Source of the DNA: a virus
IMG/VR virus record: IMGVR_UViG_3300037141_000243
Location: 1 to 64,000 of that record
Reading direction: 5' to 3' (one strand)
DNA length: 64,000 nucleotides
In this document: positions 36,343-45,191 of the stretch, in pieces
Numbering within the stretch: the stretch's first letter is position 1
Layout of the letters: each line of letters starts with the position of its first letter
Notes under the pieces: generated by a model
Databases searched by the model: none
What the model saw: only the letters and a program-made list of their open reading frames with translations
Told to the model about the DNA's origin: nothing
Made by a program: the position numbers and the translations under genes

Positions 36343-38340
36343 CTACCCACCCAGCACTAAAGTACCGCAGGCCAGCACGAGAGGGCTGATCCCATCGCCT
36401 TGCGCGAAAGGCTGCGCGAAGGCTTCCAGCACGGCGAACAGGCTACCTTTGGGCTCGCCCTTGGTGCCCATAATGACCGAAGTCACATAGCCGCGTACAA
36501 CGTGGCGAATTGATTCCGGATTGACATCCTTTTCCTTCAGACCAACCAGGATATCCCTGATTTCACCCCAGGGCCGTCCCGCTACCAAGGCACGGGCCAA
36601 ATCGACCGCCTCGGTGCTTTCCTCGGCGCTACGGAGCAGATCACGGGCTTCCTCGATGGTCTTGGCCCCGGCACACGCACCCAGCGCAACAAGGCCAGCA
36701 CGCGGGCTGCCGTGCGCCTCCTTGGCGCAGAGCGATACGATTTGACGGCCCGCACCCGTCTGAAGGATTTTCTCGGCAACGGCTACGCTTTCTAACAGGT
36801 CGATGATCAGGTTGGTTGGTACATCTTTTAAGTTGTAAGCCGTGCAGCGGGTTTTGATATTGGTGGGGATTTTCCCCAGCTCGGTCGTGCAGAGGCACCA
36901 CCACGTATCTGGCGGCGGCTCTTCCAATGATTTAAGCAGGGACGCCCATGCCGGCGCTCCGAGGCGATGGCAATTATGCACCAATACATTATTTACAAAA
37001 TATGACGGATGCTTTTCAATCTCTAAATCGTAGAACGTGACATAGCCATCACACAACGCTTGATCTCGGTTACAACTTGCGGGCAAAATTTCAATACCTG
37101 CTCGTTGGTAACTCGTAACACTGTCCACCCTAAAGATTCCAGTTTCTTTTCCTTTTTGCGATCCTTCGCTTGATTTCGTTCCGAATTGTGCCCTTTCCCA
37201 TCTACTTCTATTGCTAATTTTATATGCGGAAAAGCCAAATCCACTTTGTAATTTGTAGGGTATCCGGGTAACCTTTTCCCCAAAGAAACAGCAAACTCTA
37301 CCGCACAGTTCAAACGCTTTAGTAACATAACCTGGGGCTTCGTTAGTTTTCCATTCCCACCCCGATTTTCCGGAAGAATTAAGTTCGTCCCATTTTTTAT
37401 TCTGGTAGCTATAATTTTGTCGATTACATCCCGTCGTTTTGTGGGGTTGTTTTTCTGCATCCGTTTGGAAGACAAACGGTCCAGCTTTTTGTAATACTCC
37501 GGGGAACGAATACGAGATTCCAAAACCCCACGAGAAACAGCTTCTTTCCAATAATCTGGACGCGGCCCAGTTCTTTTTGATGCCCCCAACTCGTCTCCAC
37601 AAACTTTCGAACAAGTCTGAATTCCCAAACCATTTGAACGCACATAAAAAGGCTCCCCACAAACCGGGCACTGCCTTCGCAGGCAAGTGGTGCAAGTTAT
37701 TTTGTTTGGCGCTCTGGCTTGAAAACTTATCCCACATGAGGAGCAAGTTTTGGTCCAACGTCTTTTTGCTCTGTAATTCATCACCAATTTGTAGATCGCA
37801 CGCGGCAACCCACCCCCTAGCTGTAAAAAACAAATGCTCTTTAGAGCAACAAATAGAGGATGATCCTATGCTTATTTGCATAACCCTTGCAAGAGGAATC
37901 TTGGACCGAAAAACAGAACTAACCCGCGACAACCCAAGCCCGCACACAATTTCTTGCCCCACACCAATCTGCTCAATTGGCAAAAACCCATTACCAACAT
38001 CAATCAACGTTCCTGGAGCAAAACATTCATCTACAATAATCACGCGGGCCTGGCTGCGACCGTGCATTTTGTAGCCCAAGGTTTCGGTAATCCGCCTCAT
38101 GTCATCGATGCTGGTAAAAGTCGCAGCGTCGATCTCCTGAATGGCGTGGTCCTTGGCCCCCACTTCGGTAGCAAGGATGCGGGCCAACGTGGTCTTGCCC
38201 GTACCCGATGGACCGGAGAACAAAAAGGTGTGGTTGCTCTTGGATTTGAGGACACGCCGCAAGGATGTAACCACGGCGTCCTGACCGATCACATCTTCAA
38301 AGGTCTTGGGACGGTATTTAAGGTAGAGGGATTCGGTCAT
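36343..38340 (-). CDS. dnaX: DNA polymerase III gamma/tau-like clamp loader ATPase, intein-containing
   Basis: LYLKYRPKTF.DVIGQ, GPSGTGKTT, IIVDE|..|CHRL, LLKSLEEPP, CTTE..KIP..IKTRC. Confidence 0.9.
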   Translation of the reverse strand: MTESLYLKYRPKTFEDVIGQDAVVTSLRRVLKSKSNHTFLFSGPSGTGKTTLARILATEVGAKDHAIQEIDAATFTSIDDMRRITETLGYKMHGRSQARVIIVDECFAPGTLIDVGNGFLPIEQIGVGQEIVCGLGLSRVSSVFRSKIPLARVMQISIGSSSICCSKEHLFFTARGWVAACDLQIGDELQSKKTLDQNLLLMWDKFSSQSAKQNNLHHLPAKAVPGLWGAFLCAFKWFGNSDLFESLWRRVGGIKKNWAASRLLERSCFSWGFGISYSFPGVLQKAGPFVFQTDAEKQPHKTTGCNRQNYSYQNKKWDELNSSGKSGWEWKTNEAPGYVTKAFELCGRVCCFFGEKVTRIPYKLQSGFGFSAYKISNRSRWERAQFGTKSSEGSQKGKETGIFRVDSVTSYQRAGIEILPASCNRDQALCDGYVTFYDLEIEKHPSYFVNNVLVHNCHRLGAPAWASLLKSLEEPPPDTWWCLCTTELGKIPTNIKTRCTAYNLKDVPTNLIIDLLESVAVAEKILQTGAGRQIVSLCAKEAHGSPRAGLVALGACAGAKTIEEARDLLRSAEESTEAVDLARALVAGRPWGEIRDILVGLKEKDVNPESIRHVVRGYVTSVIMGTKGEPKGSLFAVLEAFAQPFAQGDGISPLVLACGTLVLGG
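36973..38025 (-). mobile_element. Intein (351 aa) inserted after the Walker B DE of the clamp loader
   Basis: Starts CFAPGTLI; block B-like CSKEHLFFT; block F FYDLEIE..SYF; ends VHN followed by extein Cys. Confidence 0.92.
37023..37781 (-). CDS. Vsr/DUF559-like endonuclease nested in the intein in an alternative frame
   Basis: CxxC zinc fingers; YKVDLA...KLAIEVDG..H......D..KE..L..LGWTVLR. Confidence 0.85.
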   Translation of the reverse strand: MNYRAKRRWTKTCSSCGISFQARAPNKITCTTCLRRQCPVCGEPFYVRSNGLGIQTCSKVCGDELGASKRTGPRPDYWKEAVSRGVLESRIRSPEYYKKLDRLSSKRMQKNNPTKRRDVIDKIIATRIKNGTNLILPENRGGNGKLTKPQVMLLKRLNCAVEFAVSLGKRLPGYPTNYKVDLAFPHIKLAIEVDGKGHNSERNQAKDRKKEKKLESLGWTVLRVTNEQVLKFCPQVVTEIKRCVMAMSRSTI

Positions 38341-38660
38341 GTATGCCTCAAGGTCCTGTATTCAATGGGACGCCCCGCAACTTTTGCAGCAGCTATTCCG
38401 TACTCCATACCCCGCGATATTCCACGATCCGTATAAACTACCGTAGCAGCGGCAACAGCGCCCCAAGCCAAACCGGCATCAATACCCCATTGGCGCTCTT
38501 CAATTACTTCATCGCGCAGGATACCTGGCTGGGTGTAAAGCAAATGAGATGCGAACGGAGCTTCGCCCTTTAACAAGCAATCACACAGGGCCGACCGCGC
38601 ATATTTTAGATTAGCCTCAACATCTCCGGCGTATGGGCTTTCCACAATCACCAATCTCAT
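38337..38660 (-). CDS. Nucleoside deoxyribosyltransferase-like fold protein (putative)
   Basis: VIVESPYAGD..N..YAR...G.APFASHL, GISRGMEYGI. Confidence 0.5.
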   Translation of the reverse strand: MRLVIVESPYAGDVEANLKYARSALCDCLLKGEAPFASHLLYTQPGILRDEVIEERQWGIDAGLAWGAVAAATVVYTDRGISRGMEYGIAAAKVAGRPIEYRTLRHT

Positions 38661-38661
38661 A

Positions 38662-39699
38662 TCAATTACCGCTTTCCTTTATTGCCGCGACAGCTTTATC
38701 AGCGGACCCTTTAAGAAATATGAGTACGTGCTGATGAGTTCGACCTAGCTTGCGCGTGGCGTTAAAAGGACGACCGGCCCGGATACTAAGGCTGCCCAAC
38801 ATCGTCAAACGGATTGCATCGTTGTAAAGATGCAGCCCGGCGCGTTGGAAAGCATTTATCGTCCCAGGAACAAACCCCACACAATTACCATCCTTGCCCC
38901 TGACTTCCCCAACTACAAAAATAGCAAAGCGGTTTAGTTTCAATCGAGTAACGACACTTTCTATGATGCCAGAATACTCGGGCTCAAACTTGTCCCATTT
39001 CAACGTGGAGATATCTTGTGGATCATTACTATATTGTTCGAGATCAACGTACGGAGGACAACTGTAAATACAGTCCAATGATTCAGGCTTTACAACCTTT
39101 GCTGAACTTCGCGCATCGCAAACCACGTATTTGGGAGTATTGGTTTTACAAATCCTTTGAGCCTGTTCGTTGTTTGCCTCGACCTGCTCGGGTCGGATAT
39201 CCGTTCCCAAGTATTTGTAACCCAACTTAGATGCCACAATACCGGCACAGCAACCACCCACAAACGGGTCAAAAACAAACCCACCCTTCGGCACAAACCA
39301 TTTATACATCAGCTCGCAAAGCACGGGGTCAAACGACGACGTGCCTGTTTGGCCAGAAGTGTTTATCTTTCGGGATACCGGATCATCCCTAAGGGTAGCG
39401 CCTTCGGCGCTACCCTTAGCCTTCCCGTTCCCACCTCGCGCCTTATCGCGATTTTGCTGATCCACCTTTTCCTTGAAATAACGAGGGTCTTTGGCAGCGG
39501 CACTGAATCGTAAAAGATTCTCCGCCCGACCCAGCACCCGATCCATCCCCAAGGATAACCACGCAGCCTTCCGATCTTGCCATTCACCCTGCCGCGCATC
39601 CAGCACTGAAAACGGCGGTATCCCAAATTTATCGACGAGTCCACCCCCGTGGGTTTCAAACACGGCGTCCTTCTCGAAGAGACTTTTGTATTTTGCCAT
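38662..39699 (-). CDS. DNA methyltransferase (N4-C/N6-A class)
   Basis: TSSFDPVLCE, FDPFVGG SAM-binding motif, SCPPY catalytic motif. Confidence 0.8.
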   Translation of the reverse strand: MAKYKSLFEKDAVFETHGGGLVDKFGIPPFSVLDARQGEWQDRKAAWLSLGMDRVLGRAENLLRFSAAAKDPRYFKEKVDQQNRDKARGGNGKAKGSAEGATLRDDPVSRKINTSGQTGTSSFDPVLCELMYKWFVPKGGFVFDPFVGGCCAGIVASKLGYKYLGTDIRPEQVEANNEQAQRICKTNTPKYVVCDARSSAKVVKPESLDCIYSCPPYVDLEQYSNDPQDISTLKWDKFEPEYSGIIESVVTRLKLNRFAIFVVGEVRGKDGNCVGFVPGTINAFQRAGLHLYNDAIRLTMLGSLSIRAGRPFNATRKLGRTHQHVLIFLKGSADKAVAAIKESGN

Positions 39700-39700
39700 C

Positions 39701-42265
39701 TTATTTTTTCCACGTGTTAGATGCGTACTTACCAATCTCGTCCATATCACAGAGATTAGGACCGATGGACATTTCCACCACCAGCGGCACATTCAGGAAC
39801 GGGTAGGTCTTAGTCAGCAAGGTATCAATCTTTTCCTCGGCATAATCATCAAAACCCTTAACTGGAAAGATACTGGTAAGATCATCATGGATATTACAAA
39901 TGGGCTGGAAATACCAGTCTTCCTTTTCCGAAAGTGCGTTCATTCCGTCGATCACAATTTCACTCGCTAGATTTTGGATAGGGGCATTGATAAGCTGGTT
40001 CGGTGAGATTGGGGCGCGGCGTCGTATTCCCATTGCATTCTCAACATACCCCTGCTCCTTGAAGTCAGCGATGATGCGTTCCTGCCATTCCTTGACCCCT
40101 GAAAAGGTCTTCCAAAATTCCTTGTAAAGCCTACCCAGAGATCCCTCAGGCAAACCCACTTGTCTTTCGGCGGTCGATTGCTGCGCGCCAAAGAACAGGG
40201 CGAAAACCCACCCACCCTTAACCGTCTGGCGAAAACCCTTCATGACGCCTTTGTCTTTTATGTATTTCTTACCCCCAACAACAACAGGAAATTCGTAAGC
40301 AATCTGCTCGGCCCAATCCATGTGCACGTCATAATCTTCCCAGAGCATTTTAGCGTAAACTTTGTCCTGTGACTCCATCGCTATACAACGACCCTCAATC
40401 TGCCCGTAATCCACGGAGCAAAGCAGATGGCCCTCAGGGGCGGCGATCTGACGACGGATTTCTTTTCCATCATCAGTTCTCTTGGGCAGATTTTGTGAAT
40501 TTGGGTCCTCTGAACTCGACCGACCTGTAACCGTACTGAATCCATTCAATATCGGATGCAGCTTTCCATCAGGGTAAACGTATTTGTGACCCTTGGGCCA
40601 TACATAAGTTGACGCCAGCTTGGACGGCGCGCGCCAGTCCAACACCTTTTTGGCAATCGGGGCGTCGATCTTTTCCAGCACGGATTTGGTTACGGAATAG
40701 CTGGCCTCGCCGCCGTTGTAGCCTTCGCTCTTGCCAGCATCCGACCCCACAATATCGCGGAACATCTTGACACAGTCGGTATCCGATCCGGGCTTAAAGT
40801 CCTTTTTGTATTTCTTACGGAAGGCTGCCACATCCGGATCGGTCGCGATGGCCTTTGTCGCCTTGGCAATGGCCGTGCTCAATTTGTCATCGAGGCGGTC
40901 GGCCTGCTCAAAGTCGACCGGCATCCCCTTGATTTGTGTTAGGACAAGCGTAGGAATACGACGAATGCGGCGCTGGTATAGTTTAGTCAGTCCATCCAGC
41001 TCCAATTCCTCGGCCTGGTTCCAAAACAGCTCGAGACAGTATTTGGCGTCCACCGCGTTGTAGGGTAGGATCGCTTCCAGCGGTTCGCTTTCCATGTTTT
41101 TAGTATCGACATTAGACAGCGTCTTGATGTTAATACCAAAGCGGTTGAGTGTGATGAAACCCAACCCAAGGCAACTCGTATCCTTTGATGCCTGCTCTTG
41201 ATCCGGCTTACCACCCACCCTTTCGTCCAGGGTATAGGCTTGGACCATCGAGTCACCCCATTGGGTACCGCGCAACAATTCCTTACCAAATTTGACCGCC
41301 GTCCATTCCATCTCGAATGCCAAATTGTGGGCTATCTTGCGGACAGGGGCTTTCAGGTACGCGAGGAAAGCCTGCCGGATCATTTCCTTGGCCGGCTTAC
41401 TCCATTTGGCTTCTGGGTGGTCGTAGGGGAAGGCAATCGCCTTACCTTTGATTGCAATCCCAATGGACAGGATTTTGGTTTCGGGGCGGTAAGGGCGCAA
41501 ATGACTGGTTTCATAGTCAAGCCCGGATTCAGGCTCGCTGGCGGCCTTTTCCAGAAAGCGGACAATGTCCCCTGCCGCCCGTGGATCGCACCAGTCGACG
41601 CTTGTGAGGCCCGTGAACGCCTTTTCCCGGCTATGGAAAGGGGGCGGGGGCAGATCGTTGATCTCAGCAAAGGCCCGGCGCAGGTCAAGGCGGAAAACAT
41701 GCTCCTCCTTGGATTCCCCGCTGCGGCGGGCTGAGCGGGCCACAAAGGTGGGGTCCAGCATGGGGAAATACCAGCAGACGTGGTTACCTATCTTGACGGG
41801 TATTTTCCTGCCACGCCATTTGACAATACCATTCTGTTGGAGCGCCCAATGTAGGGGCACATTCCCCATACCGAAGATCGCTAGGGGCTGAGCAACAATG
41901 ATGTCTTTTTCAACACGCGGTCTGCAACACTCTCTCTCGATAGGTTCAGGATCACGTCCGGCTGGCGTTCTACAATTGATGACATTGTTAAAGCGTATTC
42001 GGTCGCGCCACTTCTTAGGAATCTGTTTGAGCAAAAGCTGGCCCGATGTGCCGGCAAAATGCTCGCCCTGTTTATCATCCTCGGCGGTAGGGGCTTCCCC
42101 CAATATGTAGATGTCAGGCTGCTTATCGCCCGACGCTTTCATCTTGGGGTGGTCAAGGTCGGCTGTATTCAGCGGGCATCCACGGCAACCCAACCTGCGA
42201 TACAAATCAACAGACCCAGAATCACCGCTGGCTTTTGCTAACGTCTGTGCCCCAAAAAACCCCAA
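39701..42265 (-). CDS. polA: Family A DNA polymerase with N-terminal uracil-DNA-glycosylase family 4-like domain and 3'-5' exonuclease
   Basis: CxxC and GEAP in the UDG-like domain; DYET, HN..FE, YNAVD exonuclease motifs; TGRSSS..PN.QN, DYGQIE, IHDD. Confidence 0.92.
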   Translation of the reverse strand: MGFFGAQTLAKASGDSGSVDLYRRLGCRGCPLNTADLDHPKMKASGDKQPDIYILGEAPTAEDDKQGEHFAGTSGQLLLKQIPKKWRDRIRFNNVINCRTPAGRDPEPIERECCRPRVEKDIIVAQPLAIFGMGNVPLHWALQQNGIVKWRGRKIPVKIGNHVCWYFPMLDPTFVARSARRSGESKEEHVFRLDLRRAFAEINDLPPPPFHSREKAFTGLTSVDWCDPRAAGDIVRFLEKAASEPESGLDYETSHLRPYRPETKILSIGIAIKGKAIAFPYDHPEAKWSKPAKEMIRQAFLAYLKAPVRKIAHNLAFEMEWTAVKFGKELLRGTQWGDSMVQAYTLDERVGGKPDQEQASKDTSCLGLGFITLNRFGINIKTLSNVDTKNMESEPLEAILPYNAVDAKYCLELFWNQAEELELDGLTKLYQRRIRRIPTLVLTQIKGMPVDFEQADRLDDKLSTAIAKATKAIATDPDVAAFRKKYKKDFKPGSDTDCVKMFRDIVGSDAGKSEGYNGGEASYSVTKSVLEKIDAPIAKKVLDWRAPSKLASTYVWPKGHKYVYPDGKLHPILNGFSTVTGRSSSEDPNSQNLPKRTDDGKEIRRQIAAPEGHLLCSVDYGQIEGRCIAMESQDKVYAKMLWEDYDVHMDWAEQIAYEFPVVVGGKKYIKDKGVMKGFRQTVKGGWVFALFFGAQQSTAERQVGLPEGSLGRLYKEFWKTFSGVKEWQERIIADFKEQGYVENAMGIRRRAPISPNQLINAPIQNLASEIVIDGMNALSEKEDWYFQPICNIHDDLTSIFPVKGFDDYAEEKIDTLLTKTYPFLNVPLVVEMSIGPNLCDMDEIGKYASNTWKK

Positions 42266-42267
42266 AC

Positions 42268-42987
42268 CTATTTACCCCTACAAACATGCTTCCACGTCTG
42301 ACCAGAACAGATAAGGCTTATGGTTGCTTTACCAACCCCAAACCTTTTTGCTAACGCTCCCCCGCCAAATTCTTGATGATACGGTTTATAGTTCTCAATA
42401 ATAAAACGAACATCATCTTCAGTAAGTTTTGACGAACTACTTTTACTACCCCTAAGTGAATCACCGACTTTTCGATTATGCTCGGCAGTGTGGGGTTTGC
42501 CGCGCAAAGCTATAGATATTTTTTTCTTATGCACTTTAGACAATGGTTTTCCACCTACCCATATTTTTCTACCATTTCTATGTGCATCACGAATATTGTC
42601 TCCTTTTGTTCCCCACGCAAGATTTTCCAAATAATTATTTGTACAATCATCATCCAAATGACGAGCAAGACTGCATCCTTTTCCTGATCCATATTTAGTT
42701 GGTGGTGGTCCCCTAAACGCCAGCAAAACAACAGCAGCCACAGCAATCTGTTTATCTTTGCCAATCTTTGCATAAGCTCTAACTTTTCCTGAATGTTCTA
42801 CTATAGATTCAGCCCACACGCGCCCATCAGAAGACATAAACGATGCCCGTTTTGTACGTCCATTATTACTCGCACATAGCCCATCAGACCCAGGAACGGG
42901 CTTCCATATTTCAGGGCGATGATAAAGGTCATTTGATCCGGCCTCGCCTTGTGCCTTGGCGAGAGTCTGCGCCCCAAAGAATCCCAT
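42268..42987 (-). CDS. HNH homing endonuclease (NUMOD4/HNH/NUMOD3/HTH)
   Basis: EIWKPVPG...ASNNGR, ARHLDD..TNN.LENLAWGT..DN, HTAEHNRK, KLTEDDV; AT-rich. Confidence 0.85.
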   Translation of the reverse strand: MGFFGAQTLAKAQGEAGSNDLYHRPEIWKPVPGSDGLCASNNGRTKRASFMSSDGRVWAESIVEHSGKVRAYAKIGKDKQIAVAAVVLLAFRGPPPTKYGSGKGCSLARHLDDDCTNNYLENLAWGTKGDNIRDAHRNGRKIWVGGKPLSKVHKKKISIALRGKPHTAEHNRKVGDSLRGSKSSSSKLTEDDVRFIIENYKPYHQEFGGGALAKRFGVGKATISLICSGQTWKHVCRGK

Positions 42988-42993
42988 GTGATG

Positions 42994-43359
42994 TTATTTT
43001 ACTTCTTCAGGTTGAAACACCCAATACTCGCTACACAAATCACACAGCATTCCCCACGAAGGCCACCCGTGAATATAAGAGCTATCGGGGGCGGCCATCC
43101 ACGCCTTCTCAAAAAACGAATGCAAGGTTTCGTGATCCTTTTCTGCCTTGGCGTCCTCAAGAGTGCGGATCATTGTCTTTTCGTGAATTACAGGCTCTAA
43201 TCCAATACCATCAGACCACCACAAGCCTTCAGGACCTCGACTCATTGGGGCGCCACATCGATCAAAAATATCAAGGATATTAGACCAATGCGAATCAACA
43301 GCCGCCCACCAATCCCCCTGTGTTCTAATTTCCACGCTACACCATTCCGCTGACAACAA
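42994..43359 (-). CDS. Hypothetical protein
   Basis: 121 aa, Trp-rich. Confidence 0.55.
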   Translation of the reverse strand: MLSAEWCSVEIRTQGDWWAAVDSHWSNILDIFDRCGAPMSRGPEGLWWSDGIGLEPVIHEKTMIRTLEDAKAEKDHETLHSFFEKAWMAAPDSSYIHGWPSWGMLCDLCSEYWVFQPEEVK

Positions 43360-44356
43360 ACCCCGAATGGTTACCCATCGTCATGATGACGCAGTTATCG
43401 GTAAACAAAATCTTGTCCATTTTGGAAAGACCCTTCTTGACCAGCGCCACATCAAACGCTGATTCGGCTTTATAGCTCGCGCCTTCCAGCGGCACCTTTT
43501 CTCGCAACTCGCCGGCATTGGTATCCAGCTCAAGAGAAAGCATCGCATCAGCCACGGTATGCTTAACCCCTATCGGCAAAACGCCACAAAGCACCAGCAC
43601 ACGGTCATACGCCAAGGCCAAGCGTCCGGGGATTTCGGTGACCTTTTTATGGTAATTTTCCGGCAGGACATTTGCTAAGGCACTATCATAATCAAGCGGC
43701 TTTTCGCTATGGATCAGGCGGGAAAATATGGCGGTGCCGTTCTCGGCTACGGCCATGACCGCATCTTCCTCAAGGTACAACTTACCGCCAGCAGCGCAAA
43801 GCTCAAGCACCTGTTGGCAAAAGGCGGGCGGCACTTCCATCCGCACCTTCGGCAGATCGGTGCCGTTAACCACCGACCAGGCCAAGCTGCGGTCGTTGGT
43901 GGAGTACAATCGCAAGCGGTCCTTTTCACTAATGAAGCTGACCCCGGTTTCATCCGTGGCGCTGATCAGGACATGTTGGATCGCATCCAACAGCTTTTGA
44001 TCCAACTTGATGTGTTTTTTGGGTAGCTGTGGGAATTCCCAGACCGCACTATCGGGTGGCAGAGACGGAAACTTGGCTTTCGATCCACCCAGCTTCAAAA
44101 GGAAGTCGTTACCATCCAAAGTGATCTCAGCCTGCTTGGCGAGGGAATTGCTGACCATGCCGTAAAGCAACGCGCCCTGGACGCCACCCTTAAAGTCAGT
44201 CTCCAGCGGCACGTCTATTCCGATGATATTATTGTAGGCGAAGAGCGATTCCCCTGTGAAGTAGTAACACAACAGTTGCGTTAAGGGGTTTTTGTCCGCG
44301 AGAGCGGGTTTGCAGTTTTTAAGAGCGGTGAATAATTCACGGCGGTCAAATTTCAT
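43337..44356 (-). CDS. DNA polymerase III beta sliding clamp-like protein
   Basis: About 340 aa; MKFDRRELFTALK..KPAL start, AYN, STN.RSL, IFSRLI...LDY; near the DnaX-like gene. Confidence 0.65.
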   Translation of the reverse strand: MKFDRRELFTALKNCKPALADKNPLTQLLCYYFTGESLFAYNNIIGIDVPLETDFKGGVQGALLYGMVSNSLAKQAEITLDGNDFLLKLGGSKAKFPSLPPDSAVWEFPQLPKKHIKLDQKLLDAIQHVLISATDETGVSFISEKDRLRLYSTNDRSLAWSVVNGTDLPKVRMEVPPAFCQQVLELCAAGGKLYLEEDAVMAVAENGTAIFSRLIHSEKPLDYDSALANVLPENYHKKVTEIPGRLALAYDRVLVLCGVLPIGVKHTVADAMLSLELDTNAGELREKVPLEGASYKAESAFDVALVKKGLSKMDKILFTDNCVIMTMGNHSGFVVSGMV

Positions 44357-44428
44357 AGGTACCCTCAAAAAGAAAAGGCTCGCTAGATAAGACATACCCA
44401 GCGAGCCCAAGGTAGAGGAGTAATAGGT

Positions 44429-45130
44429 TTAGATGTCGGCGGCTTTTTTCCCGGACGCCGTGATCTTGTAATGACCGCGCTCGGCCCGCGCCAGATAACC
44501 AGCCCGGCAAAAGCGCGCGTAATGCAGCTTGACATCATTCTTTTCGCACTCGGCAGCAATGCCGGCGACCGGCATCCCGGCATCGCCCTTCTTGGCAATG
44601 GCCTTGAAGATCGCCTTCCAAGGGGCCGACACCGATTTAGTCCCAGTCTCGTAGCTGGCCGACTTCCCGTTGGATGCTTTCTTCGCAGCACCATTAGTTT
44701 TGGGCTTAGCGACCTTGGCGACCTTGGCGGCCTTGACAACTGGTACCTTGGCTTTCTTGGGGGCGGCGACTTTCTTCACCGCAGCCTTCTTGGCGGTTTT
44801 CTTGGCAGGCATTTCAGGTTCGCTTTCTTCACCAAAGACAACATCTTCAGTAATAACATTCGGTTTCTCAGTATCGACCGGGTCTTGCCAATCGAAGTCA
44901 GGGTAATCCTGATCCTTCTTCATGGCTGCGTTAGCGGCATTGATCCAGTCCTGCGCTAGGCCGGTCAGACCGTCGTAGGTCTTGTCCTTGTCCTCATCGG
45001 ACATGTCATTGACCTTGGCCGCCAGCTTCTTCAGAAAGGCTTGACGCTTTTCCTTTGCGCCGGGCTTTAGACCCGTGACCTCGCGCAATTCCGTCTCGAT
45101 TGCAGATATTGTACTCTTTTTAATTGCCAT
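44429..45130 (-). CDS. Hypothetical protein with histone H1-like Lys/Ala segment
   Basis: PAKKTAKKAAVKKVAAPKKAK; GGAGGT SD. Confidence 0.6.
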   Translation of the reverse strand: MAIKKSTISAIETELREVTGLKPGAKEKRQAFLKKLAAKVNDMSDEDKDKTYDGLTGLAQDWINAANAAMKKDQDYPDFDWQDPVDTEKPNVITEDVVFGEESEPEMPAKKTAKKAAVKKVAAPKKAKVPVVKAAKVAKVAKPKTNGAAKKASNGKSASYETGTKSVSAPWKAIFKAIAKKGDAGMPVAGIAAECEKNDVKLHYARFCRAGYLARAERGHYKITASGKKAADI

Positions 45131-45191
45131 TTGGGGTGGACCTCCTGTGTAGGCAATACTTATACGTACGGAATGTAATACGTCTAATATG

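Noticed and set aside
42268-42987. HNH as part of a group I intron in the polymerase gene
   Set aside because: The ORF fills the whole insert, leaving no room for a ribozyme core, and the polymerase has its own complete start
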